From a virus (Duplodnaviria > Caudoviricetes), in the IMG/VR virus record IMGVR_UViG_3300029258_001145, positions 1-52,284 of that record: DNA of 52,284 nt; one strand, given 5' to 3'. The translations under genes and the position numbers were made by a program. Every line of letters begins with the position of its first letter. Within the stretch, counting starts at the first letter, position 1. The notes under the pieces were generated by a model. The model did no database searches, was not told where the DNA came from, and saw only the letters and a program-made list of their open reading frames with translations. This document shows positions 17,619-25,990 of the stretch, in pieces.

Positions 17619-17958
17619 CCGTCTGGGTTGCGAGGCGCTTTTCCTGCCAATTGAGCAGCTTTGTGGCGAGGTGAACGTATCCATCACTGCTCGTAACTTG
17701 ATCGTTGATGAAGCGCAGGCAGGTTAGGTAATTGGGCCAGGTGGTGTTGGCCTCAACCCTGTGGAAGGTGATGTCCACGCCATAGCGAGCACCGACGTGT
17801 AGGTATGCAAGATTCGACCACCACTCTATCCAACAGGTTCCTGTGGGCGTGTCAAACTCAATCGTTCGACTGAAGCCGCTGTCCCCGGCCTCTATCCAGC
17901 GTGGGTTTGTGCCAGCCACCTCCAAGACAGAAAACATCATCTCCTTGTCTTGCATCAC
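17596..17958 (-). CDS. Hypothetical protein
   Basis: GAGGGGAGGGA SD; coupled to both neighbours. Confidence 0.65.
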   Translation of the reverse strand: MMQDKEMMFSVLEVAGTNPRWIEAGDSGFSRTIEFDTPTGTCWIEWWSNLAYLHVGARYGVDITFHRVEANTTWPNYLTCLRFINDQVTSSDGYVHLATKLLNWQEKRLATQTEEPESHE

Positions 17959-18359
17959 TCCCTCCCCTCTATCCTGCCGAGTGGTTGGGAGACGTAGGTG
18001 ATGCCCTCCCACTCTGGGCCGACGTGTTTGTGCGCCCGCTCCGGGCTGTCGGTCAGCTCCTTGCCTATCAGCTTCCCGCCCTTCCACCACTCCAGCCGCC
18101 AAGCCACCACCTCGGGCTGGACGGGGGTGAGGTAGACGGGGACTTGCTTGATGGTGGCGCTAGTGGGGTGCTTTCCGAACCACACCTTGGTACGCCCGGG
18201 GGACGCCTCCTTGATTCTGGCCAATGAACCTTCGTCGATCCACCCCACCGGCTCGGCGTCTGTGATGAGAGCCAGGATTTCGTCGGCTCGTTCGTAGTTG
18301 TAGTCATCGGGTTCATCGTCGTCCCAAGATGCTATCAGCGCTGCTATCCACTCTCTCAT
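17955..18359 (-). CDS. Hypothetical protein
   Basis: GGAGGGAG SD; EPVGW and VVAWR motifs typical of phage early genes. Confidence 0.7.
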   Translation of the reverse strand: MREWIAALIASWDDDEPDDYNYERADEILALITDAEPVGWIDEGSLARIKEASPGRTKVWFGKHPTSATIKQVPVYLTPVQPEVVAWRLEWWKGGKLIGKELTDSPERAHKHVGPEWEGITYVSQPLGRIEGRE

Positions 18360-18459
18360 TTCTCCCTCCGTGTGTCACACCAAAGCATTAGGGCCCCGAG
18401 CCCAATCGCGAGCAGTGTAAAGCCCAACAGTGTGGCTATGATTTTCAGGACGGTCATAC

Positions 18460-18643
18460 GTCACACTCCATGTCACGGTAAAGCATTTTGTGACGGGGTT
18501 CCGGGGAGGTAGAACCTAAGGTTTTACGGGGGTCCTTGGAGGGTAAATCTGATCCGAAGTCAGGTACCCACCCCAGGAAATCCCTAGTGTTTACAGGCGG
18601 TTCAGTAGTTAATGTCACAGAACGCCGTCGAAAAATGGGTCAC
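18460..18643. mobile_element. Candidate attP
   Basis: Non-coding gap ~0.5 kb downstream of int; core CTGA-TCCGAAG-TCAG (18549-18563); GTCAC arm-like repeats at 18460, 18472, 18490 (inverted), 18614, 18639; similar CCTA..GTTT(T)A boxes on both sides. Confidence 0.5.
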
Positions 18644-18954
18644 TTCGCTTCCCACGCCAGGTGTCTTTCGTAGCACCGCCTGCCCCGACCCTCGCGGCAC
18701 TCTTTGCAGAAATCGTGAACGAGTGTCCCGTAGGGAAAGGTGCCTCGACAGTACGAGCAGTAGTCCTCCCGAACATTCCATTTTGGAGTCTTGTCCCGGG
18801 CCTCCGTGAACGAGCCACCGAACGACATGGACCCGAAGGGCACCGTCCAGCAGATCGGGCCGTGGCAGTGCGGACAGCGGGTGCCGTCCTCCACGGCCTC
18901 CTCGCAAGCCACCCGTTTCCCGCAGTGCGGACACTTTGGTTTGTGCTGATTCAT
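18640..18954 (-). CDS. Cys-rich zinc-ribbon protein
   Basis: CPHCG, CPHC, CSYC, CKEC, with its own upstream promoter. Confidence 0.65.
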   Translation of the reverse strand: MNQHKPKCPHCGKRVACEEAVEDGTRCPHCHGPICWTVPFGSMSFGGSFTEARDKTPKWNVREDYCSYCRGTFPYGTLVHDFCKECREGRGRRCYERHLAWEAK

Positions 18955-18966
18955 CGGTATGCCCCC

Positions 18967-19082
18967 AAAAACAAACCGCCCGACTCGTTGGGGTGTGACC
19001 CGGACTTCCCGAAGGAGTCTGGCCCCGTTGAATCGAGCGGTCTGTCAGTTTTCACGAAAAAACTCCTTCGGTTCCGGGTCAC
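18967..19082 (-). promoter_or_regulatory. Attenuator-like leader with alternative pairings and 34-codon mini-ORF
   Basis: 19062-19082 is complementary to 18995-19018; 19023-19041 pairs with 18975-18993 and is followed by TTGTTTTT. Confidence 0.65.
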
Positions 19083-19088
19083 GAGTAC

Positions 19089-19118
19089 ATGATACTAATG
19101 TGACATTTCCTGTGTCAA
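19089..19118 (-). promoter_or_regulatory. Sigma70-type promoter at the end of int
   Basis: TTGACA-18-TATCAT with overlapping TGACA-N7-TGTCA inverted repeat. Confidence 0.7.
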
Positions 19119-20236
19119 GGATTTTCTTTTCGCCTCTCTTCGAGCCCCCTCAACAGCTCTTCGGCTTGGGCACGGTCGAAGTGGACATACCGGCCATCAA
19201 GCATTTCCTCCGTCGTGCCCGCCTGGAATTTCCGACCCGGTAGGGCCTGGCTATCGGTGGCGAACGCTCGTTTCAGTGAGTGGTAGCCACGCTGTTTCTT
19301 CCGAGGTACTTCCGCCCGCCTCTCGGCTTCCCGGAGGAACTTGTAGAGCGGTGTCTTCGTGATCGGCCCGTCGGCCCCCGGGAACAAGTGCTCGCTTCCA
19401 TACGAACGGCAGCCTTCAATAAGGACCCGGACAGGCTCCGGTATTAAAGCCGCGCCCGCATTTCCGACCTTGTCCGTCTCGGGTGGGAAGTGAATCACAT
19501 TGCCGTCGATATCGTCCCAGCGGAGTTGCCGGATACTGGACATCCGTCTACCCGTCCAGTAGGCGATATGGGCGATGGTCCCGGCCCGCAGGTCTACCTC
19601 GACCAAGGCGGGGAGGAGTCGCGTCAGCTCGTCCCGAGAATACGCCTCGCGCTTCTGGTTGAGTTTCGGGAAGCGGAGTCCTTCGAGTGGGCTCTTGTCC
19701 AACCAGCCCTCGCGGACGGCCCAGGTCAATGCCTCTTTGATGTACCGCAGGTAGTAACGTTGGGTCGTAGCACCCCAGCCCTTCTCGGCTGTACCATCGG
19801 CCACACAGCGCCTCACAAGCGCCGGGGACACGGCGGTCAACACCTTGGCCCCCCCGAGCGCCGACGTCCACCACAGGCGGTAGTGGGCCTGCTCCTGACG
19901 GTATCTGTCCGACCATTCGGACTCCCGGTCTCGGTGAAGGGCCTTGAGTAGTTCGCCGACCGTCTTCCCGCCCTCATCCCGTACATAGTTGTCGGCATAC
20001 TCGCGCCAGGTCCGGCGATGTTCTGCGGCCACCTTGTCGGCCACCCGGCGGGCGAGCTTCCGGTCTTTCGCCGTCTTCGCCAGCATCGGGAAACCGAGAA
20101 TGGTGCGCGTCGAAACCTGGACCCGCTTCTTGCCCAGCCAGTACTCAATCTGGAGGATACCGCCGCGCTTCCGCTCGTAGATGACGACACGGTTTACACC
20201 CCGCTGGCCCGCTGAGTAGCGAAATAGGTCTGACAC
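19115..20236 (-). CDS. int: Tyrosine recombinase/integrase
   Basis: SAM-like core domain; TGRR, DK, YHSLKRAFAT, C-terminal RYVH. Confidence 0.85.
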   Translation of the reverse strand: MSDLFRYSAGQRGVNRVVIYERKRGGILQIEYWLGKKRVQVSTRTILGFPMLAKTAKDRKLARRVADKVAAEHRRTWREYADNYVRDEGGKTVGELLKALHRDRESEWSDRYRQEQAHYRLWWTSALGGAKVLTAVSPALVRRCVADGTAEKGWGATTQRYYLRYIKEALTWAVREGWLDKSPLEGLRFPKLNQKREAYSRDELTRLLPALVEVDLRAGTIAHIAYWTGRRMSSIRQLRWDDIDGNVIHFPPETDKVGNAGAALIPEPVRVLIEGCRSYGSEHLFPGADGPITKTPLYKFLREAERRAEVPRKKQRGYHSLKRAFATDSQALPGRKFQAGTTEEMLDGRYVHFDRAQAEELLRGLEERRKENP

Positions 20237-20400
20237 AGCTCGCGGTACCCCCTACCACAGTATTCGACGACAGCCTCGATAATCGCCTCATCATGTGGTG
20301 TGACATCGTCTGTGGCAAGCACTTCCCTTGCCAGCCGTTCTTTGACCTCGCTAGAGGCGTGTTCCCAGGCGTCTATCAGGATGCGGTCGATGGCGCTCAT
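20194..20400 (-). CDS. Hypothetical protein
   Basis: ATGA-coupled ORF upstream of int. Confidence 0.55.
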   Translation of the reverse strand: MSAIDRILIDAWEHASSEVKERLAREVLATDDVTPHDEAIIEAVVEYCGRGYRELCQTYFATQRASGV

Positions 20401-20645
20401 GCGGCACGCTCCTGCGCTGCCAGTTCTTTTTCGATTTCCCGGCGCATCACTTCGATCAGCACCTCTAGGTCGAACGTGTTGATAGTGATGTCCTTGGCCC
20501 TCATCACGGGGTCAATTCGCACGAACCGCTCCAAGGGCACGTCGATCCGGTCCATGCGCTCCATAAGGTCCTTGGGAAAGTTCTCCAGAAACACCCGCTC
20601 CATCGTTTCCAGCGCAGCGGCCATACGGCGTAGGTGAGCCCTCAT
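20397..20645 (-). CDS. Hypothetical protein
   Basis: GGAGG SD and ATGA coupling. Confidence 0.65.
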   Translation of the reverse strand: MRAHLRRMAAALETMERVFLENFPKDLMERMDRIDVPLERFVRIDPVMRAKDITINTFDLEVLIEVMRREIEKELAAQERAA

Positions 20646-20998
20646 GCCGCCTCCAGGATATCGAGTTCTACACGAGGTTCTTTGCGGTCGATGGTTTGGT
20701 AGTCGGCGCGATAGTCGATGTTCGCTGCCTTGTCATCGACGATGTAGTCGTGGCCCCGGAGCCAGTCGAGTATCCACTTGGCCCTAGCCCTAGCATTGTC
20801 TGGGTCCATCTTGTTCCAGACGTGCCAATGGAATGTGATGACAGCAGTTTCTAGGGGCTTCTCGGGTGGTTTCTCGATCTTACCGAGTGCCAGCAGGACA
20901 TTGAGCCCATCCCAATACGCCTTCTTTTTTCGGTTCTTCGCGGCCCAATGCAGACGTGCGTTCCCGAGATTGATGGGCAACGGCAGTACCAATCTCAT
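20642..20998 (-). CDS. RusA-like Holliday junction resolvase
   Basis: LPLPINLGN...MDPDN...KWILDWL...IVDD...EPRVEL. Confidence 0.7.
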   Translation of the reverse strand: MRLVLPLPINLGNARLHWAAKNRKKKAYWDGLNVLLALGKIEKPPEKPLETAVITFHWHVWNKMDPDNARARAKWILDWLRGHDYIVDDKAANIDYRADYQTIDRKEPRVELDILEAA

Positions 20999-21219
20999 GC
21001 TACATGCCTCCGTTCGGCTTGGTCTGCCCATCCTTCGAACTCAGTGAGATCATCCCGTATCTGGGCTGTTGTATTCCAGACTACGGGCTCGTCACACTCC
21101 ATTAGCCCTTCGATGACGGCATTCCGCTTCGCCTCGCGTCGCCGGAAAATGCAGCCCTCGACAATGCCAATGAGGGTGACAGCGAGACAGCCCAGCAACA
21201 GCTTGAGTGCGGTACTCAT
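20995..21219 (-). CDS. Small membrane protein
   Basis: GGAGG SD; N-terminal TM helix. Confidence 0.6.
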   Translation of the reverse strand: MSTALKLLLGCLAVTLIGIVEGCIFRRREAKRNAVIEGLMECDEPVVWNTTAQIRDDLTEFEGWADQAERRHVA

Positions 21220-21416
21220 TCCTCACCTCCAAACTGACAATGGACCGTCAACATACGACCACCATCTGCCGCAGGAAGGTCTGCCCTTACATAGCAGACG
21301 CGCTCTGTCGGTACTGGACACTCGGTTTCGGGTGCAGACAGTCGGCCCATCGCATAGACGGCGGCAACAACGAAGCACGCTACCAAAAGCATGGCCACCT
21401 TTTCGACGTCGATCAT
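21216..21416 (-). CDS. Small membrane protein
   Basis: AAGGAGG SD; N-terminal TM helix. Confidence 0.6.
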   Translation of the reverse strand: MIDVEKVAMLLVACFVVAAVYAMGRLSAPETECPVPTERVCYVRADLPAADGGRMLTVHCQFGGEE

Positions 21417-21435
21417 CGGGTCCCTCCTTTCGTAA

Positions 21436-21475
21436 AGCGGGTGCCGGACTCGAACCGGCACGCTGCCTGCCCGCT
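21436..21475 (-). ncRNA. tRNA-like minihelix (acceptor stem plus T-arm only)
   Basis: AGCGGG-CAGGCAGCGT-GCCGG-TTCGAGT-CCGGC-A-CCCGCT in an intergenic gap. Confidence 0.55.
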
Positions 21476-21872
21476 AGTCTGTGGCGTCCATAGTTTGCGC
21501 GAACCGTTTCCAAATGCCGTAGCCGGAGCCGTAGCCGAAGCCGGAGCCGGAGCCGTAGCCGTAGCCGTCGCCGGAGCCGTCGCCGTAGCCGAAGCCGGAG
21601 CCGTAGCCGTCGCCGGAGCCGGAGCCGTAGCCGGAGCCGGAGAGCCACCGCAAAGGGAGGTGGCCAAAAAATCGGACATTCAAACCGGCAGCCCGCACGG
21701 CCTCGGCCCAGGCTACGTCAAACTCCTCCCCAAGGACGATGCCCTGGGCCTCAGCCCACCCCAGGTCCCCCGAGGTGAGCGTCCGGAGGGCACGACCAAC
21801 CAGGTCGGGGCCAACGTTGTCACAGGCCCCGGCCAGAACGGCCCGGCCGACCTGTTCTCTCGTCAGCTCCAC
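21474..21872 (-). CDS. Gly/Ser/Tyr-repeat protein
   Basis: GTG start overlapping the upstream gene; C-terminal GSGYGSGSGDGYG repeats. Confidence 0.7.
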   Translation of the reverse strand: MELTREQVGRAVLAGACDNVGPDLVGRALRTLTSGDLGWAEAQGIVLGEEFDVAWAEAVRAAGLNVRFFGHLPLRWLSGSGYGSGSGDGYGSGFGYGDGSGDGYGYGSGSGFGYGSGYGIWKRFAQTMDATD

Positions 21873-22156
21873 GGGGCTTCCTCCCACTTCCGGGCCGCCG
21901 TCTCGGAGGCCGGGAATACCGCGGTGACCCCATACAGACGGGTCTCGCCGGAAACCTTCGCAGTGATCCTGCATGAGGCGTCGGGGCCCTTCGAGGCGAG
22001 GCCGAGAACCCCGCGCATCCCCTTGGACCAGTAGACGCACATCCGGATGCCTGAGACAGCGAGGGAATCTCCCTCGCCCAGAGTCTCGGGGACCCCGTTC
22101 TTGAGGTGTCCGAAGAACACGCCGCGATGCTTGGTGGTAATCACTGCTGGAATCAT
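21863..22156 (-). CDS. DUF6948-like small beta protein
   Basis: GGAGG SD; VITTKHRGVFFG...RMCVYWS..RGVLGLASKGP...WEEAPWS. Confidence 0.7.
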   Translation of the reverse strand: MIPAVITTKHRGVFFGHLKNGVPETLGEGDSLAVSGIRMCVYWSKGMRGVLGLASKGPDASCRITAKVSGETRLYGVTAVFPASETAARKWEEAPWS

Positions 22157-22197
22157 GTCTGTTTCCCTCCGTTGTTAGTTGGTCCCTCTAGTTGATT

Positions 22198-22322
22198 GGC
22201 TAGTGGGCTGGCCGGGCACCTACCATCCCATCCCGGCTACTCCTGGTAGACAGTGACCAGGCTGTTGCCTAAGCACGGCGCTGTCACTCGGGGTTTCATA
22301 CACTCGCCGCAGCCCACTAGCC
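22198..22322 (-). ncRNA. Candidate structured ncRNA (~125 nt, multibranch)
   Basis: Perfect 13-bp closing stem GGCTAGTGGGCTG/CAGCCCACTAGCC; internal AGTGAC/GTCACT and GCCGGG/CCCGGC stems; intergenic. Confidence 0.55.
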
Positions 22323-22616
22323 TCATGCTGCTTCATCCCTGTAGATCAAGCTTTTCCATACCCGGAGCGGTCTGCCATGAGAGCCGACCGGGATATGATG
22401 ACCGGTCCCAAAGATTAGACCACGTTTCTGGGCCACACGCATGACCGGCCCAATTGCACGGCGTTCGGTTGGATCGTCCTGGAGTCCGGCCCACACGTCA
22501 TTCGTGGTGAGTTCCGGTCGGCGAAGGGCAACCGTCTCAACCACCTTGACGGCCACCTCGATCCAGTCCTCGTGCCGCTCCTCCATTGAGCTGGAGTCCC
22601 ATAGGTCAGGCTGCAT
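22323..22616 (-). CDS. Hypothetical winged-helix-like protein
   Basis: LTTNDVW...RAIGPVMRVAQKRGLI...SHGRPLRVWKS. Confidence 0.65.
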   Translation of the reverse strand: MQPDLWDSSSMEERHEDWIEVAVKVVETVALRRPELTTNDVWAGLQDDPTERRAIGPVMRVAQKRGLIFGTGHHIPVGSHGRPLRVWKSLIYRDEAA

Positions 22617-22944
22617 CGGAACCCTCCAGGAAGTCCGTTTCTGCCCTTACGTAGTCGCGCCATCTGCGTTCGACTTCTGCCGCCTCTTCCCGGAGATCCA
22701 GGCCGAACCGCTTCTCGAAGGTTTTCCGCCCGCAGTTCGGGCCATGAATCATGCCATGATGAACAAAGCAGAGCGGTACGATGGTCGAGTAATGCGCCTT
22801 CATGCCCATGCCCCCGGCGCGGGTGTGGTGGTTCTCACACGGCCAGCCCTCACAGCCGGGGACGATGCAAGTCCAGTTCTGGACCCACTTCACCCGCTCT
22901 TCCGAGTGGTATTCGTAGGCGAACTTCCGGGGGTCCTTGGCCAT
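22606..22944 (-). CDS. HNH-like nuclease (DUF968/Ref-like)
   Basis: CIVPGC...ENHH...VPLCFVHH. Confidence 0.7.
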   Translation of the reverse strand: MAKDPRKFAYEYHSEERVKWVQNWTCIVPGCEGWPCENHHTRAGGMGMKAHYSTIVPLCFVHHGMIHGPNCGRKTFEKRFGLDLREEAAEVERRWRDYVRAETDFLEGSDAA

Positions 22945-23339
22945 TAGAAGGGCAAGTCCTCGCCGGGGTCTTGTGTCGGCTCGGGTCCACTCTCCGCTGT
23001 CACGCGCCCGTCACCACCCAGCATGATGAGTTCGTTGACCACGATATCCACCCAATACCTTGTGCCCCCGAAATCGTCCTGGGTGGTTGAGTACTCAATC
23101 CGACCCTCCACATAGAGCCTGTCGCCCTTGTGTATCCACTGCTCCGCGATGTCGGCCAGCCGACCGAAAAAGGTCAGCCGGTGCCACGCCGTCTTCTCTT
23201 GGTCATTCCCGGCCCGGTCCTGGTACGTGCGACTCGTGGCCAGTGAGAACTTCGCCACCTTCGAGCCGCTTGGTGTCATACGAATTTCAGGGTCCCCGCC
23301 CGCGTTCCCAATGAGGAACACCTTGTTCAGTGAACGCAT
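22944..23339 (-). CDS. ssb: Single-stranded DNA-binding protein
   Basis: SLNKVFLIGN...DPEIR...KGDRLYVEGRI; acidic DLPF tail. Confidence 0.97.
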   Translation of the reverse strand: MRSLNKVFLIGNAGGDPEIRMTPSGSKVAKFSLATSRTYQDRAGNDQEKTAWHRLTFFGRLADIAEQWIHKGDRLYVEGRIEYSTTQDDFGGTRYWVDIVVNELIMLGGDGRVTAESGPEPTQDPGEDLPF

Positions 23340-23989
23340 TCGGCAGCCTCCATTTCTGCGATGATTTCGGGACTCCACGGGCGGAGGACCCGGTGTTCGG
23401 CAAGCCGCTCTTTGTCGGCCTGTAGTTGTTCGATGAACGCATCAAGGACGGGGACTAGGGCAGCGAGGTATTCCTCGTCCCGCTCGATGCGGTGGATGAC
23501 CTTCGGCAGGTCGGGGTGGTAGGAAAGGATATCGGCCCACTTCCGGCCCGTCAGGTACATGTAACCCTGCACCTGGCCGATGTAGTCCGGGTCCTCTCCG
23601 AGCATGTAGCGAACATGCTGGGCGGGGCCGGGACACTTGATCTCCAGAATGCCGTCGTCCCCAACCAACCCATCGGGAGATCCACCCACCATCCCATCTG
23701 CCCGGACGATGAAGCCTACCTGCTCAACCTCCACATCCCGCTCAAAGACGTAGTACCTGCGAGCCTCCGCCTCCAACTCTGTGCCCCGGTCCATGTAGGC
23801 CGTTGTACCCCAGTCCAGCGGTTGGCCCATCAACCACTCGGCCAGAATCTCAGCGCGGTACGTCGCTCGGGAGGCGGAGGGCTTTCGCGACTTCGGTGTG
23901 ATGATGCGGTCGAACTGGCTGGCTGTTGGGATGCCCAACCGAGCATCGAGCCATTCGAGTGAGCCCTGTTCCACGTTCAGGATCTTCAT
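23327..23989 (-). CDS. YqaJ/lambda-exonuclease family nuclease
   Basis: EQGSLEWLDARLGIPTAS, GTELE, SPDG, LEIKCP, QVQG. Confidence 0.93.
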   Translation of the reverse strand: MKILNVEQGSLEWLDARLGIPTASQFDRIITPKSRKPSASRATYRAEILAEWLMGQPLDWGTTAYMDRGTELEAEARRYYVFERDVEVEQVGFIVRADGMVGGSPDGLVGDDGILEIKCPGPAQHVRYMLGEDPDYIGQVQGYMYLTGRKWADILSYHPDLPKVIHRIERDEEYLAALVPVLDAFIEQLQADKERLAEHRVLRPWSPEIIAEMEAAECVH

Positions 23990-24699
23990 TTGCGCTTCTT
24001 CTCCAGGGCTTGGACCGCCCGGGGGAGATCGCGTTTCGTGATGGCGGGGAGGTGTGCCACACCCAACCACTCACAGAACTTCACCTCATCGGCCCCGACC
24101 TCGGAGATCAGCGCCTCCAGATTGGCCAGGTCTTCTTCATCAACCAACTCGCCGGTCCCACCGCCGTCCGTATCTTCGTCAGCGGTTGTGATTCCGAGGG
24201 CAGCGATCAGCGAGTAGCGCATCCCGTAGGTCTGGGCAATCGCATACTTCTGTTGTGGCGACGCCCCGGCCTTGGAATCGAACGGCAGGGACACCGTGGC
24301 AGACTCAGAGTGGCCGTCTACGTGGAGGACTTTGCAGGTGACATGCATCAGGTCGCCCTCAACGCGAGTGTCCCATGTCCAGATGAGGCCGTGCGCCTCC
24401 GCTACGGGGCGAGCCACCCGGTCGATTTCCTCCAGGGGTGCATACTTGACGGGTTTCTTCACGCCACCCCTGGTTGTCTGGAACTGCGTGTTCTCCCGCG
24501 TCTTCTTGATTGGCGGACACTCGGCCCGGAATGCAGACAACGCGGACACGTAGGCCATTCTCGCGTCCCTATCCGTCACGCGCTCCTGGAGGGCAACCAG
24601 CCGCTCCAACACCTCGACGGAGTGTCCCTTCTCCAGCGCCAACTTTACCAGGCCAGAAGCCTCTTCCTGGCCGTTCGTCTTTACCACCTCGGTACTCAT
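23986..24699 (-). CDS. ERF-family ssDNA annealing protein
   Basis: KYAPLEEI, HVDGHSE, TYGMRYSLIAALGITTADEDTDG. Confidence 0.9.
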   Translation of the reverse strand: MSTEVVKTNGQEEASGLVKLALEKGHSVEVLERLVALQERVTDRDARMAYVSALSAFRAECPPIKKTRENTQFQTTRGGVKKPVKYAPLEEIDRVARPVAEAHGLIWTWDTRVEGDLMHVTCKVLHVDGHSESATVSLPFDSKAGASPQQKYAIAQTYGMRYSLIAALGITTADEDTDGGGTGELVDEEDLANLEALISEVGADEVKFCEWLGVAHLPAITKRDLPRAVQALEKKRK

Positions 24700-24953
24700 C
24701 CCGCCCTCCTCATGCCGCAAATGTCACCGGCAAATGCCACCATGTCGAAATTGCGTTCGCCGATCCGCGCCTCGGCTTCCGCGTCCTCGGCCCTTCCGTC
24801 CAGTTCGGCCATGGTCATGAGCCTCGTTCCGTGAAACGGACAGAACCGCCAGCCACAACCCGGGTCAAATCCAATCGGCGCACCATCCCACTCGTCCGAG
24901 CAGTCACAGTCCGGGCAGTAGGACGGTTCATCGAAATAGTCATCAGCTTCCAT
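24696..24953 (-). CDS. Small Cys-containing protein
   Basis: CPDCDC, FCPFHG; coupled to erf. Confidence 0.55.
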   Translation of the reverse strand: MEADDYFDEPSYCPDCDCSDEWDGAPIGFDPGCGWRFCPFHGTRLMTMAELDGRAEDAEAEARIGERNFDMVAFAGDICGMRRAG

Positions 24954-25121
24954 TGCTCATCAGCTCCTCGAATTCGGCCCGGATCTCGGCTTCCCTTTGA
25001 CCGTTCCGGGGCACGCGCATTTCTTCACAAACCAGCGCGACATAGACCCTGAGTACCATGTCAGGTGCATGGGGCACGAGTTTCAGGGTGTCCAAAAAGT
25101 CGCGCCTACGGGCCTCGGGTA

Positions 25122-25430
25122 TCATTTCAACCCGCCCTCACGGATGGCTGTGTAGAGAGCTGTGGCCGTCGCTTCATAGTAGGCTGCCAAGGCCGGGGCC
25201 GTCGCTTCCAGGTAGGCTGCCCAGGCCGGGGCCGTCGCTTCCAGGTAGGCTGCCCAGGCCGGGGCCGTCAGGAACCTTCTAGCGAACCAATCCAAGTCAA
25301 GCCCCAGGCGGGCAGCCTTTTTGATGGTGCGCAGAAGTGGACGGGCACCGTTAGGCCAGTGCTTGCGGAAGACCGCCACCTGATCCGAACATGCCCCACT
25401 TGCCTCCAACATCTCTGCTGTGATTTTCAT
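25122..25430 (-). CDS. Protein with 11-aa tandem repeats (ATAPAWAAYLE)
   Basis: MKITAEMLEASGAC N-terminus; 33-bp repeats at ~25170-25270. Confidence 0.75.
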   Translation of the reverse strand: MKITAEMLEASGACSDQVAVFRKHWPNGARPLLRTIKKAARLGLDLDWFARRFLTAPAWAAYLEATAPAWAAYLEATAPALAAYYEATATALYTAIREGGLK

Positions 25431-25432
25431 CG

Positions 25433-25630
25433 CTACCAAACCCGGTCGTACAATTCTTTGGCATCCCGGATCTTCACGTTCTTCCCGGTGACGGCCATCA
25501 TGTGCTGGCGGAGGACTCGCACCTCTCGGAGTTCCTGCGTCATGGAGTACCCACCCGAGTTCGCCAGCTTCACGCCGCGGGCGACTTCGTGTATCAGGTT
25601 GATAAGCGTTTTCTCTTGCGCCTCGTTCAT
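25433..25630 (-). CDS. Hypothetical protein
   Basis: GGAGG SD, ATGA coupling. Confidence 0.6.
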   Translation of the reverse strand: MNEAQEKTLINLIHEVARGVKLANSGGYSMTQELREVRVLRQHMMAVTGKNVKIRDAKELYDRVW

Positions 25631-25899
25631 TTTCCCTCCATCAGATCGTTGACCGTTTGGTGGTGGTCCCGGACGAGTTGCCGGATTTCTGCCAGCGATT
25701 GGGCTGCTGATTCGTGCAGGACCAGGCCGAGAAGCCCCCTCAACGCCTGATCGAAGGTTCCGGCGTGTTTCGGGTCGGGTATGCCCTCGACGTCCCTCTC
25801 AAGGCGCTTGTCCAAAGACATTTTCGGTTTGCCATAGACCCGACCACCGCCGGTATCAGCCTTGATGACGAAACCACCAATCGGGATGCGCGTGGTCAT
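25627..25899 (-). CDS. Hypothetical protein
   Basis: GAGG SD, ATGA coupling. Confidence 0.6.
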   Translation of the reverse strand: MTTRIPIGGFVIKADTGGGRVYGKPKMSLDKRLERDVEGIPDPKHAGTFDQALRGLLGLVLHESAAQSLAEIRQLVRDHHQTVNDLMEGK

Positions 25900-25990
25900 C
25901 GTGCCACCTCAACAGCAATCATCCCCAGAGCACAGAGTAGGGCCACAATCAACCCAACACGTATGCCCCATAGCGTGAATTGGGATTCGC

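Noticed and set aside
21436-21475. Full tRNA gene
   Set aside because: No D-arm or anticodon arm; kept only as a minihelix
21207-22034. Plus-strand AVAGA-repeat ORF and alternative-frame LRLR/APATA ORFs
   Set aside because: Other frames of the Gly-Tyr repeat; only the Gly-rich frame is coupled to the upstream gene
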